Shown in pieces: positions 20,812 to 32,161 of a stretch of DNA of 64,000 nucleotides. Location: the NCBI GenBank assembly GCA_963745235.1, contig CAVUXE010000048.1, positions 46,908-110,907 on the forward strand. The letters run 5' to 3'. Origin of the DNA: an uncultured Spirochaetota bacterium (GTDB lineage Bacteria > Spirochaetota > Spirochaetia > SZUA-6 > Fen-1364). The notes beneath the pieces were generated by a model. It saw only the letters and a program-made list of their open reading frames with translations. It was not told the DNA's origin and did not search any database. The first letter of the stretch is position 1, and every line of letters starts with the position of its first letter. A program made the translations under genes and the position numbers.

Positions 20812-21972
20812 CTATTTCGACTCGGAAATGAGGGAGCGCAGCTCGCGCGCCAGCTCGTCCCCGTTCTTCACATCGAGGATGCGGTCGTTGATGCTCACGA
20901 CCGGTCCATGAGCGCACATCCCCCGGCAGGGGACCGTTTCCAGGGAGAACATGCCGTCGGGTGTTGCTTCTCCGCTTGAAATGGAAAGAGTCTTTCCGAT
21001 GGCTTCCAGGAGCTCCTGGGATCCGTTCTTTGTGCACGACTCTCCCCGGCACAGCGCGATGCGGTAGCGCGCGGGCGGATCCGTGCGGAACACGGGGTAG
21101 AACGCGGCGGTCTCCAGGACTTTTTCCCGCGTGATGTTCAGGAAATCTGCTATGTAGCCAATTGAGTCCTGGGACAGGTACCCGAAGGTCTTCTGCGTAT
21201 CTTCCAGGACCCGCACCAGGAACTCCCTCTTCGGCTGGTAACGCGCAAAGATGTCGATCAGCGCCTGCGGCGGGTTTGTCCGCGCATCCTGGGGATGGTT
21301 CTCCTTTTTCCGTCTCTTGAGGTAATGGGACAGGATGGCGAGACCCAGGGCAATGTTCTCATTGCGCACAACGATGTCCGAGGGCACGGCGAGCTGGGTC
21401 GGAGAAAAGTTCCAGATGGCCTTGATCCCGAGGGAAACGATGCGTCCCGCCACCGACTGCGCGGCGTCCTTGGGAACGCAAATGATGGCAATGCCCACGT
21501 CGAAGCTGCGCACCACCCTCTGGAGGGACTCCATGGGGAGGATTGTGAACGCGCCGAGAATGCTCCCGGTCTTGGACGGGTCGTTGTCGAAAATCGCCAC
21601 GAGACGCAGGCCATACTGCGCCAGGCCCGGGTACTGACTGAGCGCTGAGCCCAGGTGGCCCGCGCCAATCAGGATTGCAGTGTTTTCGTAGTTGATCCCG
21701 AGAAACTCCTCGATGGCTTTCTTGAGCCCGAGGATGGAGTAGCCGGCCTTCGGCTTTCCCTTGTAGCCGATGAGGGACACATCCTTGCGCACCTGGGTGT
21801 CATCAATGCGGAAGAACTGGGCAAGATGGCGGGAGGATACGTAGGATTCACCCCGCGCCTGCATTTCAGCGAGGATCTGGTGATAGAGCGGGATGCGCCT
21901 CAGCGTCTGTTCAGGAATAGGGTGGTCGATGGTGTCAAGGAATTCTCTCTGTTCCACTGGCCCAGCTGTCAC
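20812..21972 (-). CDS. rex: Rex redox-sensing repressor fused to a NuoE/HydC-like [2Fe-2S] domain
   Basis: TLRRIPLY, QVRKD, GAGHLG, AIFDND, AIWNF (Rex), then CRGESC...CRGMC (NuoE); GTG 21972 overlaps the upstream TGA. Confidence 0.88.
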   Translation of the reverse strand: MTAGPVEQREFLDTIDHPIPEQTLRRIPLYHQILAEMQARGESYVSSRHLAQFFRIDDTQVRKDVSLIGYKGKPKAGYSILGLKKAIEEFLGINYENTAILIGAGHLGSALSQYPGLAQYGLRLVAIFDNDPSKTGSILGAFTILPMESLQRVVRSFDVGIAIICVPKDAAQSVAGRIVSLGIKAIWNFSPTQLAVPSDIVVRNENIALGLAILSHYLKRRKKENHPQDARTNPPQALIDIFARYQPKREFLVRVLEDTQKTFGYLSQDSIGYIADFLNITREKVLETAAFYPVFRTDPPARYRIALCRGESCTKNGSQELLEAIGKTLSISSGEATPDGMFSLETVPCRGMCAHGPVVSINDRILDVKNGDELARELRSLISESK

Positions 21973-23204
21973 GGAGAAAGCTGCTGGAACTGGTCCTGGA
22001 GGGAAAGGGTCTTCTGCACCGTCCGGATGCTGTCTGCCGCTGGCTGGTACTTCGGATCTATCTGGAGAACGGCCTTCCAAAGCTCTATGGCCTTCGCGTA
22101 GTCTCCGTTTGCAAACTCATCCACTCCCTGCAGGTACAGCTGGTCCGCGCGGGCCTCTCTCTCCCCACGCCCTGAATCCCCGAGGTCGAGCTTCGCCTGG
22201 ACGCTGAACTTGTCCAGGGGGCTCAGCGACCCGCTGAGGTCCACGTTGTAATTGACGTCGAAGTTGAGTGTCCCCATCTCTATCATGGTGCCAAGGCTGA
22301 TCCGGGGGTTGTCCGCCTTCATCAGAACGCCTGCTTGAAGGGAAAGGAAGCTGGTCACGGCGACGTTGGTGCCGACCGCCACGTTCCATACTTCCGCTGG
22401 CGGCTGCCATGAGAACATGAAGGGATAGTTGAAATCCAGAGCGATCGTCCACGGCCGCAGCGGGCTCCAGGCAATCCCCGCGCTGGCCACCTGGGGAAGC
22501 GTCTCATCCGACAGTGTCGTGATTCCGAGGTTCTTCACGGCTGCCCCGACGGAGAAGTTTTTCGTCCGTGAGGAGTAGAACTTCAGCAAGTTGAAGCTTG
22601 TCTGGACTCCAAAATCCGCCATGACCGCCAGTGAGGACTGGTTGGCAGCAAAGACGGCGGGAATGCTTTGATACGCCGTCTTCAGATTGGCCCCGACGGA
22701 GACCCCGCTGAAGTAATAGCCGGAGAAGAAGTTGTATGACACGTTGGCCGTGAGCGTCGTTTCGGTTATGTAGTCCTGCGCGCCGGCAACGCCCCATTCG
22801 TTATACGCGGTGAAGGGGACGTAGAGGAACTTCCCGGCAAGCCCGACTCCGAGGTCGTTGAACCTCATCGTGTAGACTGCTCCCTCCAGGTTCGAGTCCG
22901 CGATCCAGGCGTGATGGAAAAAAGAGAGCTCAGTCCTGGCCATGCGGGAGCTGGCCGCCGGGTTCGACTCCATGAAGCCGGCGTCCGCCGCCATTGCGGT
23001 GTATGCAGTTCCCATTCCCTCCAGCCGGCCGCCCATGGGAATGAGGAGCGTGGGGAACGAGGTGAGCCCCGTGTTCGGGTCCGCAAAGTTCTTCAGCAGG
23101 TTTGACCACGCGGAGTAGAAGTCCGCGCTTTGGGCCCACAGCCCGATGGGGGCAATGACGAGAAGGCAGAATATGGTGAAAAATTTCGCGCCTTTCATCA
23201 ACAT
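21969..23204 (-). CDS. UPF0164 / FadL-like outer-membrane protein with C-terminal TPR
   Basis: Signal peptide, DPNTGLTSFPTLLIPMGGRLEGMGTAYTA, NPAAS, amphipathic strands, terminal TPR. Confidence 0.8.
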   Translation of the reverse strand: MLMKGAKFFTIFCLLVIAPIGLWAQSADFYSAWSNLLKNFADPNTGLTSFPTLLIPMGGRLEGMGTAYTAMAADAGFMESNPAASSRMARTELSFFHHAWIADSNLEGAVYTMRFNDLGVGLAGKFLYVPFTAYNEWGVAGAQDYITETTLTANVSYNFFSGYYFSGVSVGANLKTAYQSIPAVFAANQSSLAVMADFGVQTSFNLLKFYSSRTKNFSVGAAVKNLGITTLSDETLPQVASAGIAWSPLRPWTIALDFNYPFMFSWQPPAEVWNVAVGTNVAVTSFLSLQAGVLMKADNPRISLGTMIEMGTLNFDVNYNVDLSGSLSPLDKFSVQAKLDLGDSGRGEREARADQLYLQGVDEFANGDYAKAIELWKAVLQIDPKYQPAADSIRTVQKTLSLQDQFQQLSP

Positions 23205-23300
23205 CTAATTATACATCGGTTCAAGCCAACAATCCAGGGAGAGGATACAATGAAAGCATGGTGGGGGTGACCACAGGCCAATTTTCGTCGATAATGGAAA

Positions 23301-26300
23301 TTGTGGGGTTCTGTGCGGACACATAGCCTGAAAGCCCTTGCGATCTTGGTCTGCCTCTTGCTTCTGCCCGCAGCTCTCGTCATTGGCGGCGGACAGCAGG
23401 AGGCGAGCCTGTCCGACGTGCAGCGCCTCATGGACCAGCTTGACTACCCCGGCGCCCTCAAGCTCCTGGCGAAGATCCAGCGCGAACACCCCGATCAACG
23501 CGACGACACACAGCGCCTCATCATGATGATCATCTCGAATCAAGGCAAGGAGTACAACCAGGTCCTGACCCGTCTCATCCATGTTCTTTACGTGGAGGAG
23601 GATGCGGACGCGGCGCTGCCTCTCATCGATACGCTGCGGCGGCTCGACCCGTACAGGTCCAAGGGCGAAGCGCAAAAATCGCTCCTGTATGTGAAGTTCC
23701 TGAAGCTCATGGATTCCGCGGCGGCCCTCCTGAATGAAGGGAAAGTCCCCGAGGCCATTGACCTCTATCTATCACCGTTCACGGACCCCGCAAAGGCCGG
23801 GTTCGACATGGACAAGCCGGCCTTCGATTCGGCCGGGTACGGGAACATCGTGGCCGCGAGCGTTCGGGGTGCCGTGGCAAGAATTGTGGATGCAGGCACG
23901 CAGGCGCGAAATGAAGCGCCTTCCGTGCGCGGGGCGCAATCCGCGCTGAGCTCGGTGGTGACATCCGCGCCGGGACCGCAGACCCTTGCCCGGCTTGACG
24001 AGGGTTTCGCCCCCCTGGCGCTCGTCCGCCAGCAGGAGCAGGCCGTGCTCTCTTCAGCCGCCGCTCTCGACGATGTGAGCAAGGCGATTGGAGAAAGCCC
24101 CCAGGGGACCGGAGGTGAGTCATACCTTCGCTACATTTCCTCCCTCACGCGGGGCCGAAAGGGCAAACCGGCGGAGGGTCTTGCGCAGGCCGTGGCAATG
24201 TTGTGGGAGCCGGCAGCGGAGTCGGCCGCAAGCGCTGCCGCAGGGGCCGCCGCCTCCTCCTATTCCGAGGCGCGAAAGCTTTTCGACCAGGGCGACCTGG
24301 CCGCTGCCGAGCCGAAGCTCCAGGAGGCGTATGACCGGGGGGTGCTCGCGGTCAAGGCCGGTTCATTTACGGCGGGAGCGCTTCACCCCTCCGCCGGATG
24401 GGGGTTCTCAGCGTCGGACTCGACTCGATTGGCGTCACTCCTGGAAAGGATCTCCCAGAGCCAGGAGACTGCCGCCGAGGCCGCGGCCCTGCTGCAGCTG
24501 ATCTCCTACGAACGACGCGCTCAGGCCCTTCCCTCGGAGGCAACACTGGACGCCCAGGCTATAGCCGCGGCCCGGGCACAGGAGATGTCCCTGCACGATG
24601 AGGCTCTCGGGGCGGGCAAGAAATGGCAGGCGCGTGCGTCCGAGCTGGCGCAGCAGCAGCTGACGGGACCCGCGCTGGGTGCCCTGATCGAGGGGGCCAA
24701 CGCAATGGCGCAGAGATTCGATTCGTTCACCGCGCAGCTATCTCAGAAGGACCTCGCCTACGCGGTGGCCCTGGCTCGGAGCGGGGCGGCTCAGTTCGCG
24801 ACGCGCCTCTCAGACGAAGTCAAGCTCCGTATGGACGGGCAGGACACCCTGAACGGAACCGTGAACGGAAAACAGCCGGCCCAGGACGTCTATGTCGAAA
24901 GAAAGCCGGGCGCGGCGCTGAAGTCGTTCAACGACGCCTCCTCGGCACTGGATCAGCTGACCACGGACATCGCCGATTTCAGGACGAAATTGAGCGGCCC
25001 GGTAGCGACCAACCCTACTATTGCGGATATCCTGGCGAACCTGGACACAGTGGAGTCGAAGGTCCGAACGGAATCAAGCGAGGTTTCGCGTCTTGCCCAG
25101 CTCGCCGAACAGCAGCATCAGGACGCCCTCACGAAACGCAAGGAGGCGGACCTCGCTTTTTCGGACGGCAGCCGGGCGCTTGCCGCGAAGCAATACGACG
25201 GGGCGAAGCTCCAGCTTGGGGATGCGCGCGATCTTTACCTGGACTCCCTTCTTCTTGAAGAAGACCCGGCGGCTCGCAAGAGATACACGGCGGAAATACC
25301 CGCCCTCATAGACCGGGTCAACAACGCCATCGTGGAGCAATACATCGCGGACGTGGACGCCCAGGTGAGCGAGGGTCGAAGGCTCTTCTCGAACGGGGAG
25401 TTCCTCAAATCGTTCCTTACCCTGGAGACAGCCCAGGGACGGTGGAAGGCGACCCTGGGAGACAGGCCGAACTCTGACCTGGATGCCCTCCTGGACAGGG
25501 TCCGCAAAGCGCTGCAGGCAAGCGGCGGACGGGATCTTGCACCGGACGACTCCCGCGCTCCCGTCATCAACGGCTTCCTCAACATTGCCAACGACAAGGC
25601 GGGGCGCGCCGAAAAGCTTCAGAAGAACGATCCGCGGAGGAAGCAGCTCCTGGACGAGGCCTACGACAACGTCATGTCGGCCCTCGATGTCGACCCTGTG
25701 TATCGCAACGCAAAGGCGCTGCAGCTTCGCATCCGCAAGCTGCAGGCAAAAGACGATGCTGCCTTCCGCGCGGAGGCCAAGGCGGAGATCGATTCGATCA
25801 TCGCTGAGTACCACAACAAGAAAGGCCAGCCTGAGCGGTTGTATTTCGCGCTGAAGGACTACCAGGACATTCTGCCCGACTACCAGCCCCTGCGGGGTGC
25901 AATCCAGGAGCTGGAGATCAGCCTCAACTTGAGGATCCGGCCCCCGTCGGACGCGGAGATTGCAAGCTCGAACAAGAGCCTGGCGGATGCCGAGGGCATC
26001 TACAATGCCCGTGACAGCACCACCTATGGGACCGCCCTGAACGATCTGGACGCCGCCATCAAGCTCAATCCGTCCAACGAACGCGCCAAGGCGCTCCGCA
26101 GGGAAATCCTCCAGAAGCAGGGGAGCCCGGAAGCAAGCGGCCTCTCGCCGGCGGATTTCGCGAGATTTGCGCAGAGCAAGCGCCTCTTTAATACGGAAGA
26201 CTACGCGGATGCCTTGCCGATTCTTGATAGCCTGCACGAACGGAACGCGAGCTACCCGCCTTTTGAGCTGCTCTACCACCTGACGCGGCAGAAGCTGGGG

Positions 26301-26309
26301 TTGGAATGA
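23301..26309 (+). CDS. Large exported alpha-helical/TPR-like hypothetical protein
   Basis: Signal peptide, 1002-aa Ala-rich helical ORF; upstream of giant SpoIIE as in other spirochaetes. Confidence 0.8.
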   Translation: MWGSVRTHSLKALAILVCLLLLPAALVIGGGQQEASLSDVQRLMDQLDYPGALKLLAKIQREHPDQRDDTQRLIMMIISNQGKEYNQVLTRLIHVLYVEEDADAALPLIDTLRRLDPYRSKGEAQKSLLYVKFLKLMDSAAALLNEGKVPEAIDLYLSPFTDPAKAGFDMDKPAFDSAGYGNIVAASVRGAVARIVDAGTQARNEAPSVRGAQSALSSVVTSAPGPQTLARLDEGFAPLALVRQQEQAVLSSAAALDDVSKAIGESPQGTGGESYLRYISSLTRGRKGKPAEGLAQAVAMLWEPAAESAASAAAGAAASSYSEARKLFDQGDLAAAEPKLQEAYDRGVLAVKAGSFTAGALHPSAGWGFSASDSTRLASLLERISQSQETAAEAAALLQLISYERRAQALPSEATLDAQAIAAARAQEMSLHDEALGAGKKWQARASELAQQQLTGPALGALIEGANAMAQRFDSFTAQLSQKDLAYAVALARSGAAQFATRLSDEVKLRMDGQDTLNGTVNGKQPAQDVYVERKPGAALKSFNDASSALDQLTTDIADFRTKLSGPVATNPTIADILANLDTVESKVRTESSEVSRLAQLAEQQHQDALTKRKEADLAFSDGSRALAAKQYDGAKLQLGDARDLYLDSLLLEEDPAARKRYTAEIPALIDRVNNAIVEQYIADVDAQVSEGRRLFSNGEFLKSFLTLETAQGRWKATLGDRPNSDLDALLDRVRKALQASGGRDLAPDDSRAPVINGFLNIANDKAGRAEKLQKNDPRRKQLLDEAYDNVMSALDVDPVYRNAKALQLRIRKLQAKDDAAFRAEAKAEIDSIIAEYHNKKGQPERLYFALKDYQDILPDYQPLRGAIQELEISLNLRIRPPSDAEIASSNKSLADAEGIYNARDSTTYGTALNDLDAAIKLNPSNERAKALRREILQKQGSPEASGLSPADFARFAQSKRLFNTEDYADALPILDSLHERNASYPPFELLYHLTRQKLGLE

Positions 26310-29300
26310 GACGATCGACTCGAACGCTCTTTGCGCTCTGCGCCGTCATTCTCCTCACGCCAGCCGCCCGGGCGCAGGACATTTTCTGGGATACGCCGGA
26401 TGTTTTCCCGGACCAGCAGGTGCGCTATTCCAGCTCGTTCGCCGCGGCGGGAAAGATGGCGGTCGCGTGGGAAGAGATCGTTCCCAAGGGAACCGGCAGC
26501 GGCCAGATCTACCTCTCACTCGGCGTGAGCACCGACGGAGCCACGTGGACGTACAACCGCCATTTCTTCGGGCCCGTCCCCTACAGCGGGCTCGAGCAGG
26601 GCTCCGAGCCGCTGATCTACTCGATGGTGATCGACAGGGACGGAAGAATAGTCGTGGCGGTCACCTCAGCGGAACGGGAAATCACGGTTCTCGTCTCTTC
26701 GGAGGCGAACCTGAACTTTGTGACCGTGGCGCACATTCCTTCTCAGCTTTCCGTCGTTGCACCAAGTCTCTTTCTGACCCGGGACGGGATGTACCTGTTG
26801 TTCGTCACAGAGGCCATGGGAAGCCGCTCCAACCTGTCCTTGGCGTGGAGCTCCTCCCGAGACGGCCAGTCATGGAGCCCCTTCGCTCCCTTCATCGCGG
26901 CCGGTGAGCCCGGGGACGGCATTCAGCTGCAACCGGACCACGTGAGCTTCCATGGGAAAGAGATCGTCGTCTTCCAGTCGCAGAAAGTTGGCCAGGAAGA
27001 CTACCAGGTGTTTCTCAAGGAAAGCCTCGACGGGGGAGAGACGTGGCAGAAGGCCCGGGAAGTCACTGGTCTTCAAGGTTTCAAAGAGACAGTTGCGCGC
27101 ACCGAGTACAAACCGGAGAACTTTACAAACCAGAGACCCCCGGATTTCCGTTGTCGGGGATGTGCTCGGCATGGCTTGGGAGCGTACGCTCCTGGGGAAC
27201 GCAATTGGGGACCTCTACTACTGCGAGCTGGACGACAACGGGAACGTTGTAACGCCCTTCGGACGCGTCGACCCCGCCACGGGAAGCCTGTTCGCGCAAA
27301 TCATCCCCTACGGCGCCCGGGAGCTCCTCCTGTACGAGCAGAGCGCCGCGGGTGCATACCGGATCATTCTTTCGGAAAAGGACAAGACATGGAGCCCCCA
27401 GGTCCTGGGCCGCGGGCTTCCCGGCAGCGCGCAGTTCCCCCACGCGGTGGTTTTCAAAGGATCCGTGTACGTGTTCTGGGAGTCCAAGGGGACAGCAACA
27501 TCCCAGCTTGTCGCCTTGCGGCCGAAGCGCTCGGTTACCGCTCCGTCCCTCATGGCCGTGGGCTTCGAGCCTGGCGTGCCGGTGAAGAGCGACGTGGCCA
27601 CCGTTCACTGGAAACAGCCGGACGACTCCGTGGGGATCGAGTTGTATGACGTGACGGTGAGCTACGGCGACACCGTGGTGGAAAAAAAGAGGCTTGCCGC
27701 GGACACGCCCGACATGGCTTTCTCCAGGCCAGTCACCAGGGACGGGACCTGGCGAATCGAGGTGGTGGCGCAGGACATCGCGCATAACCGCTCCAAGCCG
27801 GTGTCGGTGGATTTCGTTCGGGACACCATTGCGCCTCAGCGCGTGGCCATCAACCCGCCGGCCCTGGATGACGCCGGTTTCGTTTCCTCCAACTCGTTCA
27901 GCATCAGCTGGAGCTCTCCTGCGGACAAGAATGTCGTTGGCTACACCTGGGAGGAGCAAAAAGTCTCCGATTCCCAGCAGGAATACCAGCCCGACCAGGT
28001 CAAGCTTCTCTCACCGCCGGACCGGCCCCTGACAACGGGGACCTCTGTCGCATTCGACAACCTGGAAAACGGCGTTCACGCCTTCACCGTGCAGGCAATC
28101 GACCGGGCCGGCAACGTGAGCGAGCCGGCAACGATCATTCTCAACCTGGACAAGTTCAAAGCCTTTACCGCCATCTACACCGTGCTCTCCGCGCCGGACG
28201 AGCTGGGCAACGTGCACCTGACCATCCGCGGCAAGGGATTCATCGCCAACGGGGCTGTCCAGGCGCTCTACCTCACCCGCGGGGATACGCCCCCGTATGA
28301 TCGAGTCTTGACGGCAGGAACGGGGGGATTCTCGGTTGAAAGCGACTCGAGAATCACCGGGCCTGTCCTGGACAACACGTTCCCGTCCGGATCGTACCTC
28401 GTGGGACTTCTGCAGACTTCGGGCAGGCCATATTTCTGGACCGGAGGGAGGATCGATTTCCAAGTGCCGGGCACCGTGCGTGTCGGCAGCTTCAGCGTCC
28501 TGCTTCCGCGCTGGATCGGCGGCGGGGCGCCGCGCTACGGCGCGCCGCTGGACAGGCTCATTGTCGCGCTCCTGGTTGTAATGCTCGCGGCGGTCGGCCT
28601 GGTCTCGGTACGCAGGATGGTCTCCGTGGCGCAGGAAGGGGCGCAGATCCGAGGTGAGGTCCTGGCCCTCCTTGAGGGCAGGCCGTCCGCCGCCTGGGAG
28701 GAAAGGAAAACGCGCATGAAAGAGCTTCAAAGGAGGGGAGTGGGACTTCGGGTCAAATTCACCCTCCTCATGGTGGTCCTTGTGACCATCATTGTCCTGA
28801 TCGTGTCGGTCCCCCTGGGCGTGCAGATGATAGGCCAGCAGGGCCAGTCACTCGCGGATGGGCTGGAAAAGCGCACCCGTCTTCTCATTGGGACCATCGC
28901 AGCCAGCGCTGAAGCGGAAATACGCAAGACGACCGTAAACGGCGGCGACATAGGGATTGCGTCTGTGCCGGACATCATAAAGCCGATGGAAGAGGCCGTG
29001 TTTACCACTATCACCGGACCGGCGGATGTCGTGCGCTTCCCCAACACCGCCGCGCGGGATTTCGTGTGGGCCAGCAACAGCGACTCGTGGAAGAAGCGCA
29101 AGGCCGCGGGGACATTCGAGGTGGCCATGGAGGCGGAGAGTGACCCCCTGGCGTCCTCTATTGTGCCCGCGTTGCAGAAGCGCATCAATGATGCCGCCCC
29201 GGTGGCCCTGGCAGCGGAGCTGGACGACTGGCAGAAAGCCCGTGACCGTCTCCAGGAGCTCAGCGGCATCCCCAATCGAACGGCTCGGCAGCAGACGGAG

Positions 29301-30968
29301 CTCCAGGGCATCCTGGCCGGCCTGTCGAAGAAAGTGGCCGCCATCGACAACGGCCTCAAGACACTTCCCGAGAACGACGTGTACAGCGAGCCGCGCTTCG
29401 ACGTTCAGAAGCCGCTTGCCCCGCGCTATCTCTTCTACAAGCCCATTGTGTACTTCGTTCCCGGCGACAAGTCGTTCTACCAGGGTCTCGTCCGGCTGGA
29501 GGTCGATACGACCACCATCACCCGGCAGATCGTCGACTCCAGGAACGGCCTCATCCGGAGCACGGCCCTCATCGCCCTGGCCGCAATTGGTCTTGGAATC
29601 CTTGGCGCAATCCTCATGGCGAGCATCACCGTCACCCCTATCCGCAGGCTGGCTCGCGGAGTCGCGGTCATCCGGGACACCGAGGACAAGGAGGAGCTGA
29701 AGGACCACACGATCACGGTGCGGACGCGGGACGAGATCGGGGAGCTTGCCGCCACGGTCAACGACATGACGCACGGGCTGGTGGAAGCTGCCAAGGCAAA
29801 CAAGCAGCTCATGATCGGAAAAGACGTGCAGAAGAGGTTCCTTCCGCTGATAAAGAGCTCGGGAAAAAGCAGCGGGAATACGGCCGAAGAGGAGAGCGAC
29901 AAGGTCTCGATGTTCGGATACTACGAGGGGGCCAAGGGCGTCTCGGGAGACTACTTCGACGTCAAGAAGCTTGACGACGTCCACTATGCCTTGATCAAGT
30001 GCGACGTCTCCGGCAAGGGTGTCCCCGCGGCCCTCATCATGGTGGAAGTCGCAACGCTCTTCATCAACTACTTCCGTGATTGGCTGAAACGAAAAGAGCA
30101 GATCATGAAGATCGCTGACCCGAAGGAGCGTCAACGCGCGCTGAAGGCGCTGGAACGCGTCGACTCGCTGGTGTACACGATCAACGACATGGTGGAAGAG
30201 CGAGGATTCGACGGACGGTTCGCCGCCCTCATGATATGCATCTACAACGCGGCCACCGGGGAGGCCAGCATCTGCCACGCCGGAGACAACATCGTGAACA
30301 TATACCGGGTCGCGGAACGGAGCATGGTTCCGATCACCCTTGCGAAGGCCCCGGCCGCCGGCACCTTCGCTTCTTTCCTGGTCGAAACCACCAGCCCCTA
30401 CACGCAGGTCGTTCAGAGGCTCTCACCGGGCGATGCGCTGTTCCTGTACACTGACGGACTGGAGGAAGCGCAACGCAGCCTGCGCAACACGCAGTTCGAA
30501 GTCACCCCGTGCGACGAGCCGGGCCTGAAAGAAGGAGAGTGGCACCTCGGGACGCATGAGAAGGGGAAGAAGACCGAAGAGTTCGGTCGTGACCGGATCA
30601 GCGGCGTCATCAACGCCGTTTTCAACAAGGGCAGGTACCGGCTCTCCCGCAGCCACAACCCGATCCCTGAGGAGGAGCTGGACTTCGACTTCTCCTCCAG
30701 CGCGGCCACGGTGAAAGACGCGGTGCTGGCCCTTGTTGCCGCGGAGAAAGTGTATCGATTGATCCCGGACCCCTCCGCCGGGGCGGAGAGCCGGGTGAAC
30801 GTGGACGAGAAGGTGGAGGCGTTCCTGAGGCAGCATTTCCTGCAGTACGGACGCTACTTCTCCCATCCCGTGGAAGGCCAGCACGTTCCGGGGTATGTGA
30901 CGTTCACCCATATCAAGGAAGATGAGCAGTACGATGACCTCACGCTCCTTGTGATCCAGAGGAAGTGA
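26306..30968 (+). CDS. Giant sensor phosphatase (BNR/propeller + Ig/FN3-like, TM, HAMP, SpoIIE/PP2C), frameshifted near 27140
   Basis: SxDGxxW Asp-boxes, DRAGN, HAMP (PIRRL..DEIGELA), VSGDYFD, CDVSGKGVPAALIM, LYTDGLEE, DDLTL. Confidence 0.87.
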
Positions 30969-31002
30969 CCTGCCGATACAGGAGACAACGAGGGAACATG
31001 CA

Positions 31003-32161
31003 ATGAAAAGGATCATTCTTGCAGTCGTGCTGGTGGTTGCGGGGAGCTCGCTGGGCTTCGCTCAGAGCGCGAGTGTCACCATCCAGAATGAGGAGAGCAC
31101 CACGTTCTACTACACGGTGGATCCCCCTGACCTCGCCCAGCTCACCACGGGAAGCCCTCTTGCTGCGACGAGAGTTGCAGAGTTCTTTGCCGCGCAGGCA
31201 ACCGAGCCCCAATTCGCGGCGTTGGCGCCCGGCGCGCAGGCGAGCCTGCAGGGACTCACGGATGGCGCTCACCTGCTGGTAGGGTTTTTCGCAACGCAGG
31301 ATCAGGATACGTTCCCGGTACGGCTGATAACGCTCCAGGCGGACAGCAGAATGGGGGACAGGTTCTACTCGGTGTACGGCAGCCCGGCCATTGTGGATGC
31401 CGCCCGAGGGGTCGGCCGCCTGGCGCAGTTTGCTCGTTCTTCCTCGTCGGAGCAGCCCCCCGTGGCAGCGCAGGTCACACCCGCCCCGGCGCGAGTCACC
31501 CCGCCGCCGGCGCAGGTCGCGCCCGCCCCAGCGCCCGCCGCCCCGCCGCCCGCGCAAGAGACGCCGCAGACGCAGGCAGCCCCGGAGCAGGCTCAGACGC
31601 AGCCTCCCGCCGCGGCGGCCGCAACACCCCCGGTGGTCTCTTTCTCCCCCAGCTACAATCCGGTTTTCTTCACGAGGGAATCGCGAGGCGACTTCTCCGT
31701 CCAGCCCATTGCGGGCTCGCGCGCGTGGACTCTCCTGGATATGCACATATCCGCGTTTTCCGCGCGCATCGATGACAAGGTCCTGACGCTCACGCTGAGT
31801 TCGGAGGGAGACTTTTCCCCCGATGTTTCGTATTTCATCTACGCGTTCGACACGCGAGCGCCGGGCGCGCCGTCCGTCTTCACCCTCGAGCTTCGACCCC
31901 GAGCGCTGCCGGACCGAGGGGCGTGCATCCTGTGGCAGAACGGGTCCGCCGCGCCGGCGCTCTTTGGATCGGCTACGAGTGGAGGGAAGGACCGCCATCG
32001 TGGCGGCCAACCTGGCGGACGAACCGGCAGACGTGCAGCAGGCGCTGGGGAGCGCGGGCTCCTTCGACTTGACGTCGTGCTGGTTCGACAAGCCGGACGG
32101 TGTCTACGAAGAGTTCTATTTCGCAACCGTGGCGATGGCGGATATTCCCGTCACACGTTGA
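31003..32161 (+). CDS. Exported hypothetical protein with Pro/Ala/Gln linker, frameshifted near 31987
   Basis: Signal peptide, PAPAPAAPPP linker; continuation frame ends FDLTSCWFD..YEEFYF at TGA 32161. Confidence 0.7.

Noticed and set aside
23287-23294. Sigma28 promoter (GTCGATAA)
   Set aside because: No TAAA -35 element at the expected spacing
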